Source of the DNA: Nannocystis bainbridge
Lineage (GTDB): Bacteria; Myxococcota_A; Polyangia; Nannocystales; Nannocystaceae
Reading direction: 5' to 3'
DNA length: 64,000 nucleotides
NCBI RefSeq assembly: GCF_028368995.1
Contig: NZ_JAQNDL010000004.1
Coordinates: forward strand, 320,001-384,000
The notes beneath the pieces are model-generated. The model was not told the origin of the DNA. It did not search any database and saw only the letters and a program-made list of their open reading frames with translations. Below are positions 50,555 through 62,596 of this stretch, piece after piece. The position numbers and the translations under genes are program-made. Every line of letters starts with the position of its first letter. Position 1 is the stretch's first letter.

Positions 50555-52372
50555 ATGTCCGCCCCGCTGAAACCGTCCGCATCCCTGGCCCTGACGCTCT
50601 GGCTCGTCGCGGGAGCGCTCGCGTGCAAACCCGCCGCACCTGCGGCGAGCCCGGCTCCCGGGCCCTCGGGTGCGCCTGGTGCGCAGGAATCGGACGCGCA
50701 GGGACCGGCGAGCGGGAGATCACTCCCCGCCAAGGATGCGGGCGATCCCGCGACGGCCGTGGGCATAAATGGCGCGGTGACCTCGGCCGAGCGCCACGCC
50801 AGCGAGGTCGGCGTGGCGGTCTTGAAGAAGGGCGGCAACGCGGTCGACGCGGCGGTCGCGGTCGGGCTGGCGCTGGCAGTGACCCACCCGAGCGCCGGGA
50901 ATCTCGGCGGCGGCGGGTTCATGGTGATCCGCATGGCCGACGGCCGCACCGCGGCGATCGACTACCGCGAGGTCGCGCCCGCGGCGGCGACGCCGACCAT
51001 GTACCTCGACGCCAAGGGCAACCCCACGCGCGAGAGCGTCGAGGGCCCGAAGGCGGCCGGGATCCCGGGCACGGTCGCGGGCTTGGCGCTGGCGCATGAG
51101 CAGTTCGGCACGCTGCCGTGGCGAGATCTCGTACTTCCCGCCGTGGCGCTCGCGCGCGACGGTCACGCGCTCGACAGCTTCCACGCCGAGGATTTGACCA
51201 CCGGCAGCGAGCGGATGCTGAAGCTGGGCTTCAAGGACGCGGCGGCGATCTACCGCCGACCGACGGGCGAGGCCTTCGTCACCGGCGACACGTGGAAGCA
51301 GCCCGACCTGGCGCGCACGCTCGAGGCGATCGCCGATCGCGGGCCGCGGGCGTTTTACGAGGGGCCGCTGGCGGACAAGCTGGCGAGCGAGGTCAAGGCG
51401 CTGGGCGGGATCTGGACCCCCGACGACCTCAAGGCCTACCGCGCGGTGGCTCGCACGCCGATCACCTTCACCTACCGCGACCACGAGGTGATCACGATGC
51501 CGCCGCCGTCGGGCGGTGGGGTGGTGCTGCGGCAGCTGCTGGCGGCGCGCGAGATCCTCAAGATCTACGAGAAGCCGTGGCTCAGCGTCGACGAGCTGCA
51601 CCTCTACGTCGAGTCGGCGCGGCGCACCTACGCCGACCGCAACTTCCTGCTCGGCGATCCGGCGTTCGTGAAGATCCCGCTCGAGCAGCTGACCGACTCG
51701 AAGTACCTGCAGGGGCGCCTGGCCGACATCGACCCGAACAAGGCCACGCCGTCGTCGAAGATCGCGGCCGGGATCGGCACCAAGACCTCGATGCAGACGA
51801 CCCACTACTCGGTCGTCGACGTGCTCGGCAACGCGGTCGCCAACACCTACACCCTCAACACCGGGTTCGGCGCCAAGGTGGTCGTGCCGGGCACGGGGGT
51901 GCTGCTCAACAACGAGATGGACGACTTCTCGGTCAAGCCGGGCTCACCCAACACGTTCGGGCTGGTGCAGGGCGAGCAGAACAAGATCGAGCCAGGCAAG
52001 CGCATGCTGTCGAGCATGAGCCCGACGATCCTGGTCAAGGACGGCAAGCTGCGCGCGGTGGTCGGCACGCCGGGCGGCTCGACGATCTCGACGACGGTGA
52101 CCCAGATCGTGCGCGCGCTGATCGACTACGGCGCGACCATCGACCAGGCCGTCAAGGCGCCGCGGGTCCATCACCAGTGGATGCCGGACCGCATCGTCAC
52201 CGAGCCGACGCTCGACCCCGCGACCGTCGAGGGGCTCAAGGCCAAGGGGCACACGATCGGCGAGTGGCCGTCGATCGGCCACGCCAACTCGATCGAGGTC
52301 GACCCGAAGACGCAGGGCTACCGCGCGGTCGCCGACATCGCCCGCGACGGCGGGGCCGCGGTCGCGTACTGA
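50555..52372 (+). CDS. ggt: Gamma-glutamyltransferase (lipoprotein)
   Basis: ALAC lipobox; GGNAVDAA, GGGGFM, IDYRE, TTHYS nucleophile, NNEMDDF, SSMSPT, GTPGGS. Confidence 0.96.
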   Translation: MSAPLKPSASLALTLWLVAGALACKPAAPAASPAPGPSGAPGAQESDAQGPASGRSLPAKDAGDPATAVGINGAVTSAERHASEVGVAVLKKGGNAVDAAVAVGLALAVTHPSAGNLGGGGFMVIRMADGRTAAIDYREVAPAAATPTMYLDAKGNPTRESVEGPKAAGIPGTVAGLALAHEQFGTLPWRDLVLPAVALARDGHALDSFHAEDLTTGSERMLKLGFKDAAAIYRRPTGEAFVTGDTWKQPDLARTLEAIADRGPRAFYEGPLADKLASEVKALGGIWTPDDLKAYRAVARTPITFTYRDHEVITMPPPSGGGVVLRQLLAAREILKIYEKPWLSVDELHLYVESARRTYADRNFLLGDPAFVKIPLEQLTDSKYLQGRLADIDPNKATPSSKIAAGIGTKTSMQTTHYSVVDVLGNAVANTYTLNTGFGAKVVVPGTGVLLNNEMDDFSVKPGSPNTFGLVQGEQNKIEPGKRMLSSMSPTILVKDGKLRAVVGTPGGSTISTTVTQIVRALIDYGATIDQAVKAPRVHHQWMPDRIVTEPTLDPATVEGLKAKGHTIGEWPSIGHANSIEVDPKTQGYRAVADIARDGGAAVAY

Positions 52373-52509
52373 GAGCCGGGCGCCGAGCGGCTGTCGTAGC
52401 TGCGCGAGAGCCCGCGCAGGGCCGCTCCGGGTGGCTTCTGCGACGGACCGCCGGGTGCGGACCCGGCCAGTCTTGGCGATCGGCAGCTGAAGGGGGCGCG
52501 CAGCGTAGC

Positions 52510-52579
52510 GTCCCTTCGGGACATGTCTAGGAGAGCATGTCCTTACGCACCTGTCGCTACGGGCATGTCCGAAAGGGAA
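52510..52579. repeat. 14-bp-phased palindrome array (5 units) overlapping the 3' end of the metallophosphoesterase gene
   Basis: gtcccttcgggaca|tgtctaggagagca|tgtccttacgcacc|tgtcgctacgggca|tgtccgaaagggaa. Confidence 0.85.
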
Positions 52580-54018
52580 CGTTCGGCCACTACCTCGTCG
52601 CTGGCGCGCGCGCCAGGGGCCGCGGGCAGGCGGGCGGCGTCGAGGACGGCGACCGCGTCGTTGCGCCAGGCGCGGAGCTCGACCTCGGCGAGGCGGCCGG
52701 TGCTGCGGTCGCGGCGGACGACCAGGTGGGAGCCGTCGAGGAAGCAGCCGCTGTTGGCGTAGACCACCTCGTCGTTGCGGGCGATCGCGCCGTGGTGGCT
52801 GTGGCCCATCAGGACCAGCGGCACGCCCGTGGCCTTGCCGACGTCACAGGCGACACGGGCCATGTCGTCGGCCATCGCGCGCGGTCGCCGGCGCTTGCGG
52901 AGGCGGCGGATCGACAGCCAGCCCAGCAGCGCCCCCGCGGCCAGGCCCGCGAGCGTCGGGGCGCCGACCGCGGCGGCGAGGCCGACACCGATCCCGAGGC
53001 AGGCGAGCACGCTGAGGATCGCGTCGAGCGCGGTGATCCGCAGGACGCCGCCGACGGTCGCGGACGCCGGCGGCGGGGCCATCGACTGCAGCGCGGTCAG
53101 GGTGCTCATCTGCAGGCCGGCGGTGGCCGCGATCCGCTCGAGGCGCGCGGCGTGCATCGCCTGGCCGGCGCGGTCGACCCGGCCGGTGCGGGCCCACAGC
53201 GCCAGCAGGCGGAAGGCCATGCGGAAGTACAGCGTGATCGCGTAGAGGATGAAGCGCAGGCCGCGGGCCCAGGCCCAGCGGATGTAGTCCCACGGCGAGA
53301 TGAACTTGTCGGCCGCGTCGTAGTCGATCTCCGGCATCGCGTTGGTGAAGCTGCGCGTCGCCACCTCGGCCAGCGACTGGACCAGGCGGCCGCCGCGCGT
53401 CGGCGCCAGCATCTGGCCCGTGTGACAGGCGGCGTCGAACACGTGCCCGTGCTCGATCCACACCCCGCCGGCCTCGCACAGGAACCACGGCACGAACCGC
53501 ACCCGCGCCACCTGGTCGAGGCGCGGGCTGCCGGTGTGCGTGATCGTGAGCGAGGCCTCGCCCAGGCCGGCGTAGAGGCGTTCGGTGAGGGCGCGGCGGA
53601 CGCCGGGGTAGAGGAACTCGGCGTCGTGATTGCCGACCACGAACACGATGTTGTGGCCGGCCGCGAGGAAGCGGGCCAGCGCGTCCTCGACGCCCGGATA
53701 GGCGTCGAGCACGGCGTGCAGGCGATGGACCGCGAGGGCCTCGCCGACGAGGCGCTTCTCCTGGCCGACCTCGATGTTCCAGAAGTCGATGAAGTCGCCG
53801 TTGATGACGAGCTGCCAGCGACCGGGTCCGCGTGCGTAGTGGTCGAGGAAGCGAGGCAGGCCGCGGTCGATGTCGACGGCGAGGTGGACGAACTCGCCGC
53901 GCATCCGCGGTTTGAGGTGGGAGCCGAGGTGGAGGTCGCTGATGAGGAGCAGGTCGGGCGCACGGTCGCGGGGGCCGGGAGACGGCTCGCGGTCGGGGCG
54001 CTGATCGGACGGGTCCAT
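52543..54018 (-). CDS. Metallophosphoesterase (LpxH-like) with internal membrane hairpin
   Basis: ISDLHLG, NGDFID, GNHD, EHGH, GHSH, NSG; two TM helices lie before the last motif. Confidence 0.88.
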   Translation of the reverse strand: MDPSDQRPDREPSPGPRDRAPDLLLISDLHLGSHLKPRMRGEFVHLAVDIDRGLPRFLDHYARGPGRWQLVINGDFIDFWNIEVGQEKRLVGEALAVHRLHAVLDAYPGVEDALARFLAAGHNIVFVVGNHDAEFLYPGVRRALTERLYAGLGEASLTITHTGSPRLDQVARVRFVPWFLCEAGGVWIEHGHVFDAACHTGQMLAPTRGGRLVQSLAEVATRSFTNAMPEIDYDAADKFISPWDYIRWAWARGLRFILYAITLYFRMAFRLLALWARTGRVDRAGQAMHAARLERIAATAGLQMSTLTALQSMAPPPASATVGGVLRITALDAILSVLACLGIGVGLAAAVGAPTLAGLAAGALLGWLSIRRLRKRRRPRAMADDMARVACDVGKATGVPLVLMGHSHHGAIARNDEVVYANSGCFLDGSHLVVRRDRSTGRLAEVELRAWRNDAVAVLDAARLPAAPGARASDEVVAERSLSDMPVATGA

Positions 54019-54122
54019 CACGGGGGGAGCGGGAGATCTGGCCGGGGCGCGGTCTTGCGCGCAGGGACGAACGCTGGCCTCTGCCCTGTGGTATAGCGTG
54101 CTTGCCCCACGCCTGCCCTGCC

Positions 54123-56228
54123 ATGCTCAAGCAGATCGCCTTTGCCGCCGCCGTCGCGTTCTCGCTCGGCCTCTTCACCTACACCGTGTCGACGCTGGTG
54201 CGCACCGTCGCGCTCGGCCGCCCCTCCGACCTCAAAGAGACCTGGGCCCAACGGATCGCCAGCCTGATGGCGTTCTTCTTCGGCCAGGGCAAGGTCGTCG
54301 AGGAGAAGCGAAGCTGGCACCACCTGCCGATCTACTGGGGCTTTTTGATCCTCACGATCGCCACCGTCGACATGGGCCTCAGCGGCCTGTTCGGCCCCAG
54401 CGTCAACCTCTCGCTGGTCATGCCCGACGCGGCCTACCGGGCGGTCATGGCGACCGTCGACGTCGCCAACGTGATCGTGCTCGCCGCGCTGGCCTACGCG
54501 ATCACGCGCCGCTTCATTCGCCCGGCGTTCGTGCCGCTGAGCCTCGACGCGATGCTGATCCTGTCGGCGATCAGCCTGCTGTGCATCAGCCACTTCGGCC
54601 ACCACGCGTTCGAGATCGCGGGGGCCGGTCACTACGCCGGCGGCGCGCCGGTGTCGGCGGCGATCAGCGGCCTGTTCGCGGGGATGGACCCGCAGTTCGC
54701 CCACGTCGCCTCGGAGGTGTGCTGGTGGGTCCACATGGGCATCGTCCTGGCGTTCCTCAACTACTTGCCGTACTCGAAGCACATCCACGTGCTGACCTCG
54801 GCGCCGAACATCCTGCTGCGCCGCCAGGGCCAGCGCGGGGCGATGCCGAAGGCCCGGCTGTTCGACGGTGAGCCGACCGACCCCAACGCAGAGCCGCTGT
54901 TCGACAACTGGGGCGTGGGCAAGGTCGAGGACTTCACGTGGAAGAGCCTCCTCGACAACTACTCGTGTACCGAGTGCGCCCGCTGCACGATGTACTGCCC
55001 GGCGTTCGCGACCGAGAAGCCGCTGTCGCCGATGCACCTCATCCACGACCTCAAGGACGAGATGAAGGAGCGCGGCAAGCTGCTGGTGAAGCTGCAGAAG
55101 GCCGGCGGCACGGTGAAGGACGACGCGCCCGAGGGCCCGAACAAGTCGATCATCGACAAGATCAAGGCCGACCTCGAAGCGCTGCCGCCGATGGTCGGCG
55201 GGCGGGTCAAGGACGCGACGCTGTGGGCCTGCACGACCTGCGGGGCGTGCCAGGAGGTGTGCCCGGTGTTCATCGAGCACCCGCTGAAGATCCTGCAGAT
55301 GCGCCAGCACATCGTGCTCAACGACGAGTCGGGCCGCACGCCCGGCGAGGTCACGCGCGTGCTCGGCAACATCGAGGGCGCCGGCAACCCGTGGAGCCTG
55401 CCGCAGGACGACCGCATGAAGTGGGCCGAGGGCCTCGAGGTGCCGCTGGTCGAGGACGTGCCCGACGCCGAGTACCTGATGTTCGTCGGCTGCGCCGGCG
55501 CCTTCGACGACAACGCCAAGAAGACCACGCGCGCGCTGGTCAAGGTGCTGCACGCGGCGAACGTCAAGTTCGCGGTGCTCGGCAAGCGCGAGAAGTGCAC
55601 CGGCGACACGCTGCGCCGCCTCGGCGCCGAGATGGCGTTCCAGACGCTGGCGCAGGAGAACGTCGACACGCTCAACGAGGCCAAGGTCACCAAGGTGATC
55701 GCCTCGTGCCCGCACTGCTTCCACACGATCAAGAACGAGTATCCGCAGTTCGGCGGCAACTACGAGGTCATCCACCACTCGCAGCTCATCACGCACCTGC
55801 TGCAGGCCGGCAAGCTCAAGCTCGATCACACCAGCGAGCGCACGTTCACGTACCACGACTCGTGCTACCTCGGGCGCTGGAACGGGGTCTACGACGCGCC
55901 GCGCGAGATCCTCGAGCACGCGACCCGCGGCAAGGGCAAGGTCCAGGAGCTGCAGCGCAACCGCGAGCACGGGTTCTGCTGCGGGGCCGGCGGCGGTCGC
56001 ATGTGGATGGAAGAGGAGCCGGCCAAGCGCGTCAACATCAACCGCGCCAAGGAGGTCGCCGAGGGCGGCGCCAACGCGGTCGCGGTCGGTTGCCCGTTCT
56101 GCCACACGATGCTGACCGACGGCCTCAAGGCGCTCGGCAAGGACGAGACCGTCGAGGTCATGGACCTCGCGGTGGTGGTCGCGGCTCAGCTGCCGGCCGA
56201 GGCTCCGCGGCCCGAGGCGAGCGCGTGA
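54123..56228 (+). CDS. Membrane Fe-S oxidoreductase (FadF/HdrD-like, CCG domains)
   Basis: N-terminal TMs, PYSKHIH, CTECARC...CP, CTTCGAC...[26 protein letters not shown]. Confidence 0.93.
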   Translation: MLKQIAFAAAVAFSLGLFTYTVSTLVRTVALGRPSDLKETWAQRIASLMAFFFGQGKVVEEKRSWHHLPIYWGFLILTIATVDMGLSGLFGPSVNLSLVMPDAAYRAVMATVDVANVIVLAALAYAITRRFIRPAFVPLSLDAMLILSAISLLCISHFGHHAFEIAGAGHYAGGAPVSAAISGLFAGMDPQFAHVASEVCWWVHMGIVLAFLNYLPYSKHIHVLTSAPNILLRRQGQRGAMPKARLFDGEPTDPNAEPLFDNWGVGKVEDFTWKSLLDNYSCTECARCTMYCPAFATEKPLSPMHLIHDLKDEMKERGKLLVKLQKAGGTVKDDAPEGPNKSIIDKIKADLEALPPMVGGRVKDATLWACTTCGACQEVCPVFIEHPLKILQMRQHIVLNDESGRTPGEVTRVLGNIEGAGNPWSLPQDDRMKWAEGLEVPLVEDVPDAEYLMFVGCAGAFDDNAKKTTRALVKVLHAANVKFAVLGKREKCTGDTLRRLGAEMAFQTLAQENVDTLNEAKVTKVIASCPHCFHTIKNEYPQFGGNYEVIHHSQLITHLLQAGKLKLDHTSERTFTYHDSCYLGRWNGVYDAPREILEHATRGKGKVQELQRNREHGFCCGAGGGRMWMEEEPAKRVNINRAKEVAEGGANAVAVGCPFCHTMLTDGLKALGKDETVEVMDLAVVVAAQLPAEAPRPEASA

Positions 56229-56563
56229 GCGAGGCTGTCCTTTCGGGCAGGCGAGCGCGGGCGCTGACGGAGGCGCTGACGACCGCGTTCGCGCCCGAGC
56301 ACCTCGAGGTGCGCGACGAGAGCCACATGCACGCGGTGCCGAAGGGCGCCGAGAGCCACTTCCGGGTGGTCGTCGTAAGCGCGGGCTTCACCGGCAAGTC
56401 GCTGGTCGCCCGCCACCGCGAGGTCAACGCCGCCGCGGCCGAGGAGCTGCGCGCGGGGCTGCACGCGCTGGCGATCGAGGCGCTGACGCCGGAGCAATGG
56501 CAAGCCCGCGGCGGGCAGGCAGCCAAGAGCCCGCCCTGCCTCGGCGGCAGCAAGGCCGGCTGA
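56225..56563 (+). CDS. bolA: BolA family protein
   Basis: DESHMH...[11 protein letters not shown]...RHR.V...LHALAI; GTGA overlap with the upstream stop. Confidence 0.93.
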   Translation: MSEAVLSGRRARALTEALTTAFAPEHLEVRDESHMHAVPKGAESHFRVVVVSAGFTGKSLVARHREVNAAAAEELRAGLHALAIEALTPEQWQARGGQAAKSPPCLGGSKAG

Positions 56564-56722
56564 GCGGCGGCCCGCGGGTTACCTGTCGTTGAGGGCTTGG
56601 CCCTCGGGGCAGAGCATCGTCGCCTGTCCCGAGAGTCAGGCGGGCGCTCGACGAGTGGGCGAGCGCCTCGCATCGGTGTCTGACGCGTGACGCGGTGGCG
56701 AGCGCCTGCTATCGTGACCTCC

Positions 56723-57214
56723 ATGCGTCGGTCGGTGATGAGCGTGTTGCTGGTGATGGGGGCGTGCGAGTCCAAAGGCGAGCCGCCGCCGCCGGTCGTG
56801 TCGAAGGCCGAGGACGCGGTCGCGCACGAGATCGTGAAGACCGCCGAGGAACTGGCGAACCAGCAGCCGGCACCGATCCCCGCGGACACGAAGCGGGCGG
56901 CGATCGATCCGAAGGCGCTGCTCGGCACCTGGAGGATCAAGCACCTCGTCTACATCCGTGACGGCAAGCCCCTCGATCCGGAGGAGCCGGTCGTCGAGGG
57001 CACCTGGAGCTTCGAGGAAGGCGGTCGCTGGGTGAAGAAGGGCGGCAACGACCTCGAGGGGACGTTCGCGCTGACCCCGGACCGACTCGTCATCTCGGCG
57101 TTGGGCTCGCCGGTCGAGTACTCGGTCGACAAGGTGACGGTTTCCGAACTGGTGGTGACGACGGCGATCGTGGACGGCATGGGCACGACGACGGTGCTCG
57201 ATCGGGTGCCGTAG
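56723..57214 (+). CDS. Lipoprotein with lipocalin-like domain
   Basis: MGAC lipobox; LLGTWRI (GxW motif); beta-rich. Confidence 0.75.
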   Translation: MRRSVMSVLLVMGACESKGEPPPPVVSKAEDAVAHEIVKTAEELANQQPAPIPADTKRAAIDPKALLGTWRIKHLVYIRDGKPLDPEEPVVEGTWSFEEGGRWVKKGGNDLEGTFALTPDRLVISALGSPVEYSVDKVTVSELVVTTAIVDGMGTTTVLDRVP

Positions 57215-57252
57215 TCGACCCGCCAGCGCCGCGCGCCCAGACCGCCCACACA

Positions 57253-57324
57253 TGTCTCGAGGGACATGTGTGGCGGGCGATCACGATGTGTCTCTCGGGA
57301 CAGGATGAGCTGTCCAAATGGACA
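57253..57324. repeat. Cluster of TGTC-N6-GACA palindromes between convergent genes
   Basis: tgtctcgagggaca 57253; tgtctctcgggaca 57289; tgtccaaatggaca 57311. Confidence 0.85.
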
Positions 57325-57329
57325 GCTCG

Positions 57330-58439
57330 CTACTCGGCCTCGACGGCGCCGCGCATCCAGGCTGCGCCCGCCAGGCGCACCTGCGGCGCGTCGGCGGCGG
57401 GGCGGGCGACCACACGGCCGAGCGTGTAGGGCTCCTCGCCGGTCGCGGTGAGCGCGGCGCGGACGACCTCGACGTGGGCCGGGTCGACGTAGAGCAGCAT
57501 GCCGACGCCGCAGTTGAAGGTGCGCAGCAGCTCGCGCACGCCGACGCCCTGACCGGCGACCGCGGCGAGCACCGGGGGAAGCTCGACCGACGAGAGATCG
57601 AGCTCGAGCGCGAGGTCGTCGGCGAGCGCACGCGCCGGGTTCTCGAGCAGGCCGCCGCCGGTGATGTGGGCGGCGCCGTGCAGCGGGGCGTGCTCGAGGC
57701 CACGCAGGGCCGCGAACGCGGGCTCGTAGATCCGCGTCGGCGTGAGCAGGGCGTCGCCGACGCTGCGGCCCGCGGGATCGCCGGGCAGCGGGTCCGCGAA
57801 CGACAGGCCTGCGTGCGCAGGGTCGAGCAAGGCCTTGCGCGCCAGGCTGTAGCCGTTGCTGTGGAGGCCGCTCGAGCGCAGGCCGAGCACGACGTCGCCG
57901 TCCTTCACGCGGGTGGGCCCGAGCATCTTGCTGCGGTCGACGACGCCGACGGCGAAGGCGGCGAGGTCGTAGTGGTCATGGGCGTAGAGGCCGGGCAGCT
58001 CGGCCGTCTCGCCGCCCAGGAGGGCGCAGCGCGACTGCTTGCAGCCGTCGACGATGCCGCTCACGAGCGCCTCGATGCGCTCGGGCACGACCCGGTCGCA
58101 GGCGATGTAGTCGAGCACGAAGAGCGTGCTCGCGCCGGTGACGAGCAGGTCGTTGACGTTCATCGCCACGAGGTCGATGCCGACGGTGTCGTGGCGATCG
58201 AGCGCGATCGCCACGAGCAACTTCGTGCCCACGCCGTCGGTGCAGGCGACCAGCACGGGATCGCCGACGCCGGTCGGTAGGCCCATCAGGCCAGCGAAAC
58301 CGCCGATGTCGCCGATCTGCTCGGGTCGGCGCGTTCCGGCCACGAGGCGCCGAATCCGCCGCACGGCTTCGTTGCCGGCGCTGATGTCGACGCCCGCGCC
58401 CTTGTAAGTGAGGGGGTCCTTGCGATCCTGCACGGGCAT
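57330..58439 (-). CDS. purM: Phosphoribosylformylglycinamidine cyclo-ligase
   Basis: YKGAGVDI, DGVGTK, AMNVND, GGETAE, GLHSNGYSL, AHITGGG, TFNCGVG. Confidence 0.97.
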   Translation of the reverse strand: MPVQDRKDPLTYKGAGVDISAGNEAVRRIRRLVAGTRRPEQIGDIGGFAGLMGLPTGVGDPVLVACTDGVGTKLLVAIALDRHDTVGIDLVAMNVNDLLVTGASTLFVLDYIACDRVVPERIEALVSGIVDGCKQSRCALLGGETAELPGLYAHDHYDLAAFAVGVVDRSKMLGPTRVKDGDVVLGLRSSGLHSNGYSLARKALLDPAHAGLSFADPLPGDPAGRSVGDALLTPTRIYEPAFAALRGLEHAPLHGAAHITGGGLLENPARALADDLALELDLSSVELPPVLAAVAGQGVGVRELLRTFNCGVGMLLYVDPAHVEVVRAALTATGEEPYTLGRVVARPAADAPQVRLAGAAWMRGAVEAE

Positions 58440-58531
58440 GACGCGTACCAAGGCGCGGGCCTCGCGGCAACGGCCTTGAAAAGGTGCCCCGTCGCGGCGA
58501 TGATGCGCCCCGGCAAGGGAGCCCGATTCGC

Positions 58532-59425
<894 letters not shown>

Positions 59426-59431
59426 TCGGAC

Positions 59432-60658
59432 ATGTCCATGAAGACACCCCCGGCCTGGCAGCTGGCGCTGTTCGCCCGCCGCTCGCTCGGGGTGATCCGC
59501 GGGCTCGAGGCGGTGCGCGCGGCGTGGGAGGGCCTCGGCGAGCCCGGCAAGGGCGTGCCGGTGGTCCACGTGGTCGGCACCAACGGCAAGGGCTCGACGT
59601 CGGCGATGGTGGCGCACGCGCTGGGGCGCCGCGGTCGACGCGTGGGCCTCTATACGAGCCCGCACTTGCACCGCGTGGGCGAGCGGATCCGGATCGACGG
59701 CGTGCCGCTCGATGACGCCGCGATGGAGCGGTTGGTCGAGCGCGTGCTGCGGCTCGAGGGGCCGGCGCTGCCGCGGCCGCTGACGTTCTTCGAGGTGTTG
59801 ACGGCGGCGGCGCTGCTTGCGTTCGCCGAGGCCGGCGTCGAGACCATGGTCTTGGAGACAGGTCTGGGCGGGCGTCTCGACGCGACCGGGGTAGTGCCGG
59901 CGACGGCCACGCTGATGACGCCGATCGACCTCGACCATCAGATGTACCTCGGCGACACGATCGAGGCGATCGCGGGCGAGAAGGCGGCGGTGATGCGCGA
60001 CGGGGCGCCGGTGTGGTCGGCGCCACAACATCCGGCCGCGGCGGCGGTGCTGCAGGCGTCCGCGATGGAGCACGGGGTGCGGCTGCGGTTCGTCGAGCCG
60101 CTGGTTCGCGCGCCCGAGGGGCTGCCGGGCGCGCACCAGCGGATCAACGGCGCGCTGGCGCTGGCGGGGGCGCGCTTCCTCGATCCGGAGGTGTCGGTGG
60201 GCGACCTCGACGGGGTGCGCTGGCCCGGCCGCTGCGAGCGAGTGACGAGCGGCGGCGGGACGGTGGTGTTCGACGCGGGGCACAATCCGCACGGGCTCGC
60301 GGCGCTGGTGACCTGGCTCGAAGGACAGCCGCATCCGCGGCGGGCGATCGTGTTCGGTTGCCTGGCCGACAAGGACGGGCCGGGGATGGTGGCGCAGCTG
60401 CGTCGCTTGCAGGTTCCGCTGTGGTTGGTGACGCCGGGACCGGGCGGCTACGACCTGGCGTCGCTCGGGGCCGCCGATACGCGGTTGTTCCTGGATGGCA
60501 TGGGCCCCGAGTTCACTGCGGCGTGGCGCGAGCACCTGGCCGCGGGCGGCGAGCTGGTGGTGTGCGGCTCGCACCTGCTGGTGGGGCAGCTGCGCGAGGA
60601 CGTGCTCGGCGAGGTCACCGACGCGCTGCCGCTCACCGATCCGCTGCGCGGCCGCTGA
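59432..60658 (+). CDS. folC: Folylpolyglutamate synthase / dihydrofolate synthase
   Basis: HVVGTNGKGS, TSPHL, ETGLGGRLDAT, WPGR, DAGHN, CGS; follows accD. Confidence 0.93.
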   Translation: MSMKTPPAWQLALFARRSLGVIRGLEAVRAAWEGLGEPGKGVPVVHVVGTNGKGSTSAMVAHALGRRGRRVGLYTSPHLHRVGERIRIDGVPLDDAAMERLVERVLRLEGPALPRPLTFFEVLTAAALLAFAEAGVETMVLETGLGGRLDATGVVPATATLMTPIDLDHQMYLGDTIEAIAGEKAAVMRDGAPVWSAPQHPAAAAVLQASAMEHGVRLRFVEPLVRAPEGLPGAHQRINGALALAGARFLDPEVSVGDLDGVRWPGRCERVTSGGGTVVFDAGHNPHGLAALVTWLEGQPHPRRAIVFGCLADKDGPGMVAQLRRLQVPLWLVTPGPGGYDLASLGAADTRLFLDGMGPEFTAAWREHLAAGGELVVCGSHLLVGQLREDVLGEVTDALPLTDPLRGR

Positions 60659-60758
60659 GGCGCTCGCAGGCGAGGGCGAGCCGGCTGCGCGGCGATGGAT
60701 CGCGCGGGCGATTGCGCGTACAAGATCGTGAGGGCCCGCGCGGGCCAGCGAGACGACG

Positions 60759-61400
60759 ATGGCGCAGACGCGACCGCTCCCCTACGACACCGACGCTGCG
60801 GCGACTCACCTGCGCCGCAGTCACAAGGCGATGAAGCGGCTGATCGATCGGCTGGGGCCGATCACGCTGCGGCGCGACGCCGGGGCGAGCCCGTACGGGG
60901 CGCTGGCGCGGTCGATCGTGTTCCAGCAGCTCGCGGGCGCGGCGGCGTCGACGATCTACGGGCGCGCGTGCCTGCTCGGCGAGGGCGGCCAGTTCCCCGA
61001 GCCGGCGGCGTTGCTCGAGCTGCCGGCGGAGCGGCTGCGCGCGGCGGGGCTGTCGGCGGGCAAGCAGGCTGCCCTGAAAGACCTGGCCCAAAAGACACTC
61101 GACGGCGTGGTCCCGACGATGCGCGCGCTGGCGAAGATGGAAGACGCTGCCATCGTCGAGCGCCTGATCCAGGTCCGCGGGATCGGGCGCTGGACGGTGG
61201 AGATGATGCTGATCTTCCGCCTCGGCCGCCCCGACGTGTGGCCGGTCGGCGACTTCGCGGTGCGCAAGGGCTACGGGCAGACGTTCGGCCTCGACGAGTC
61301 GCCGACCCAGCGCGAACTCGAAGCGCTCGGGGACCCGTTCTCGCCGTACCGCAGCGCGGCCGCGTGGTACTTCTGGCGCTCGCTCGATACGCAGACGTGA
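60759..61400 (+). CDS. DNA-3-methyladenine glycosylase (AlkA-like, HhH-GPD)
   Basis: IVFQQL, RGIGRWT, DVWPVGD, PYRS. Confidence 0.92.
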   Translation: MAQTRPLPYDTDAAATHLRRSHKAMKRLIDRLGPITLRRDAGASPYGALARSIVFQQLAGAAASTIYGRACLLGEGGQFPEPAALLELPAERLRAAGLSAGKQAALKDLAQKTLDGVVPTMRALAKMEDAAIVERLIQVRGIGRWTVEMMLIFRLGRPDVWPVGDFAVRKGYGQTFGLDESPTQRELEALGDPFSPYRSAAAWYFWRSLDTQT

Positions 61401-61535
61401 GGGCCGGCGGGGGGCGGCGGACTTCGGATGCCGCCCGACATCCTGCTGGGCCGGGACTCACTGCACGCGGCGCGGCGGTGATGCTCCGGGTCGCTGTACG
61501 CAGCGGTGTGGCGGATGTCGCTCGGCCGTCGCGGC

Positions 61536-61874
61536 TCACTCGCCGAAGCCGAGGCGGCGGCGGACGCGGGCCGCGAGGTCGCGGGCGCGGCTGGCGGGGC
61601 CGAGGGCGCGGGGAGGCGGGGCGCCGGGGAGGCTGTCCGATGGGACCTGTCGCTTGCGACCTGTCCGAAAGGACGTGGTCGCAAGGGCAGGTGCTTGCAT
61701 GAGCAGCTTGACGAGCGCTGTCACCAGCTCGACCGGGCTGTCGGCGCGGACCTCGAGGCCGACCTTGCCGCCTGGGTCCTCCGCGGCGCCGCGCGCGACC
61801 GTGCGCGTGCCATCGGAGCGGACCTCGATGACGATCCGGCTGACGATCGGGAGATCCTCGTCCGCGCTGCTCAT
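61536..61874 (-). CDS. Hypothetical protein
   Basis: LPIVSRIVIEVRSDGTRTVARGA looks like a conserved N-terminus; the C-terminal part carries a 14-bp array. Confidence 0.7.
   Translation of the reverse strand: MSSADEDLPIVSRIVIEVRSDGTRTVARGAAEDPGGKVGLEVRADSPVELVTALVKLLMQAPALATTSFRTGRKRQVPSDSLPGAPPPRALGPASRARDLAARVRRRLGFGE
61634..61689. repeat. 14-bp-phased array (4 units) inside a CDS
   Basis: tgtccgatgggacc|tgtcgcttgcgacc|tgtccgaaaggacg|tggtcgcaagggca. Confidence 0.85.
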
Positions 61875-61981
61875 GGCGGGAAGCTAGCACGCCGGGCCGG
61901 GGACCGCCGCCGCCACCGGCGCGCGGCCGAGCACCCGGAGCGTGACGTCGAGACGGACGCTGCGAGAGACTGGGCGGCGGG

Positions 61982-62557
61982 TCACTCGCGCGGCGGGAAG
62001 GGCCCCTTGTAGAGGATGTCGCAGCGCACGACGTACTTGCGGCCGGTGGCGACGGCGCGGCCCTGGTGCAGGTGGCGGTGCTGAAACAAGATGCCGAGCC
62101 CGGTGTGGGGGATGACGCTCTGCTCGAGGTGGAGGAAGTGGGTCTCGCCGCCGGTGTAGTCCTCGTTGAGATAGATCATGAAGGTGAGCAGGCTGCGCTC
62201 GTCGTCAGCGCGGACGCAGGCGCCGTCGAAGTGCGGGGCGAAGCGCTCGCCGGGGTCGTAGCGGTAGCAACGGAGCCGCTGGTGGATGCCGAGGACGGTC
62301 ATGCCGGCGATCTGCGGCGGCACCGCGGGCCGGACCCGCTCGAACAGCAGGTCCGCGAGCTCGGGATCGTCGAGGATGACGCGCTTGTTGTCGGTGAGCT
62401 CGGGGCGCAGCACGGGGGCGCGCAACATGGTGACGGGCGCGCGGGCCGGGCCGAGCGACTCGATGCGCTCGATCAGCGCCACGCACTCGCCGGCCGTCAG
62501 CACGTCGTCGACGGTCCAGACCGGCGGGTGTGACAGGTCGAGCGATCGGTGGTACAC
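61982..62557 (-). CDS. 2OG-Fe(II) oxygenase (prolyl-4-hydroxylase-like)
   Basis: RCYRY..GERFAPHFD, TFMIYLNE..GGET, HQG...KYVVRCD. Confidence 0.9.
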   Translation of the reverse strand: MYHRSLDLSHPPVWTVDDVLTAGECVALIERIESLGPARAPVTMLRAPVLRPELTDNKRVILDDPELADLLFERVRPAVPPQIAGMTVLGIHQRLRCYRYDPGERFAPHFDGACVRADDERSLLTFMIYLNEDYTGGETHFLHLEQSVIPHTGLGILFQHRHLHQGRAVATGRKYVVRCDILYKGPFPPRE

Positions 62558-62596
62558 CGCCCCAGGATACGCAAAAGCGCGACCCAGGAGCCTGCC

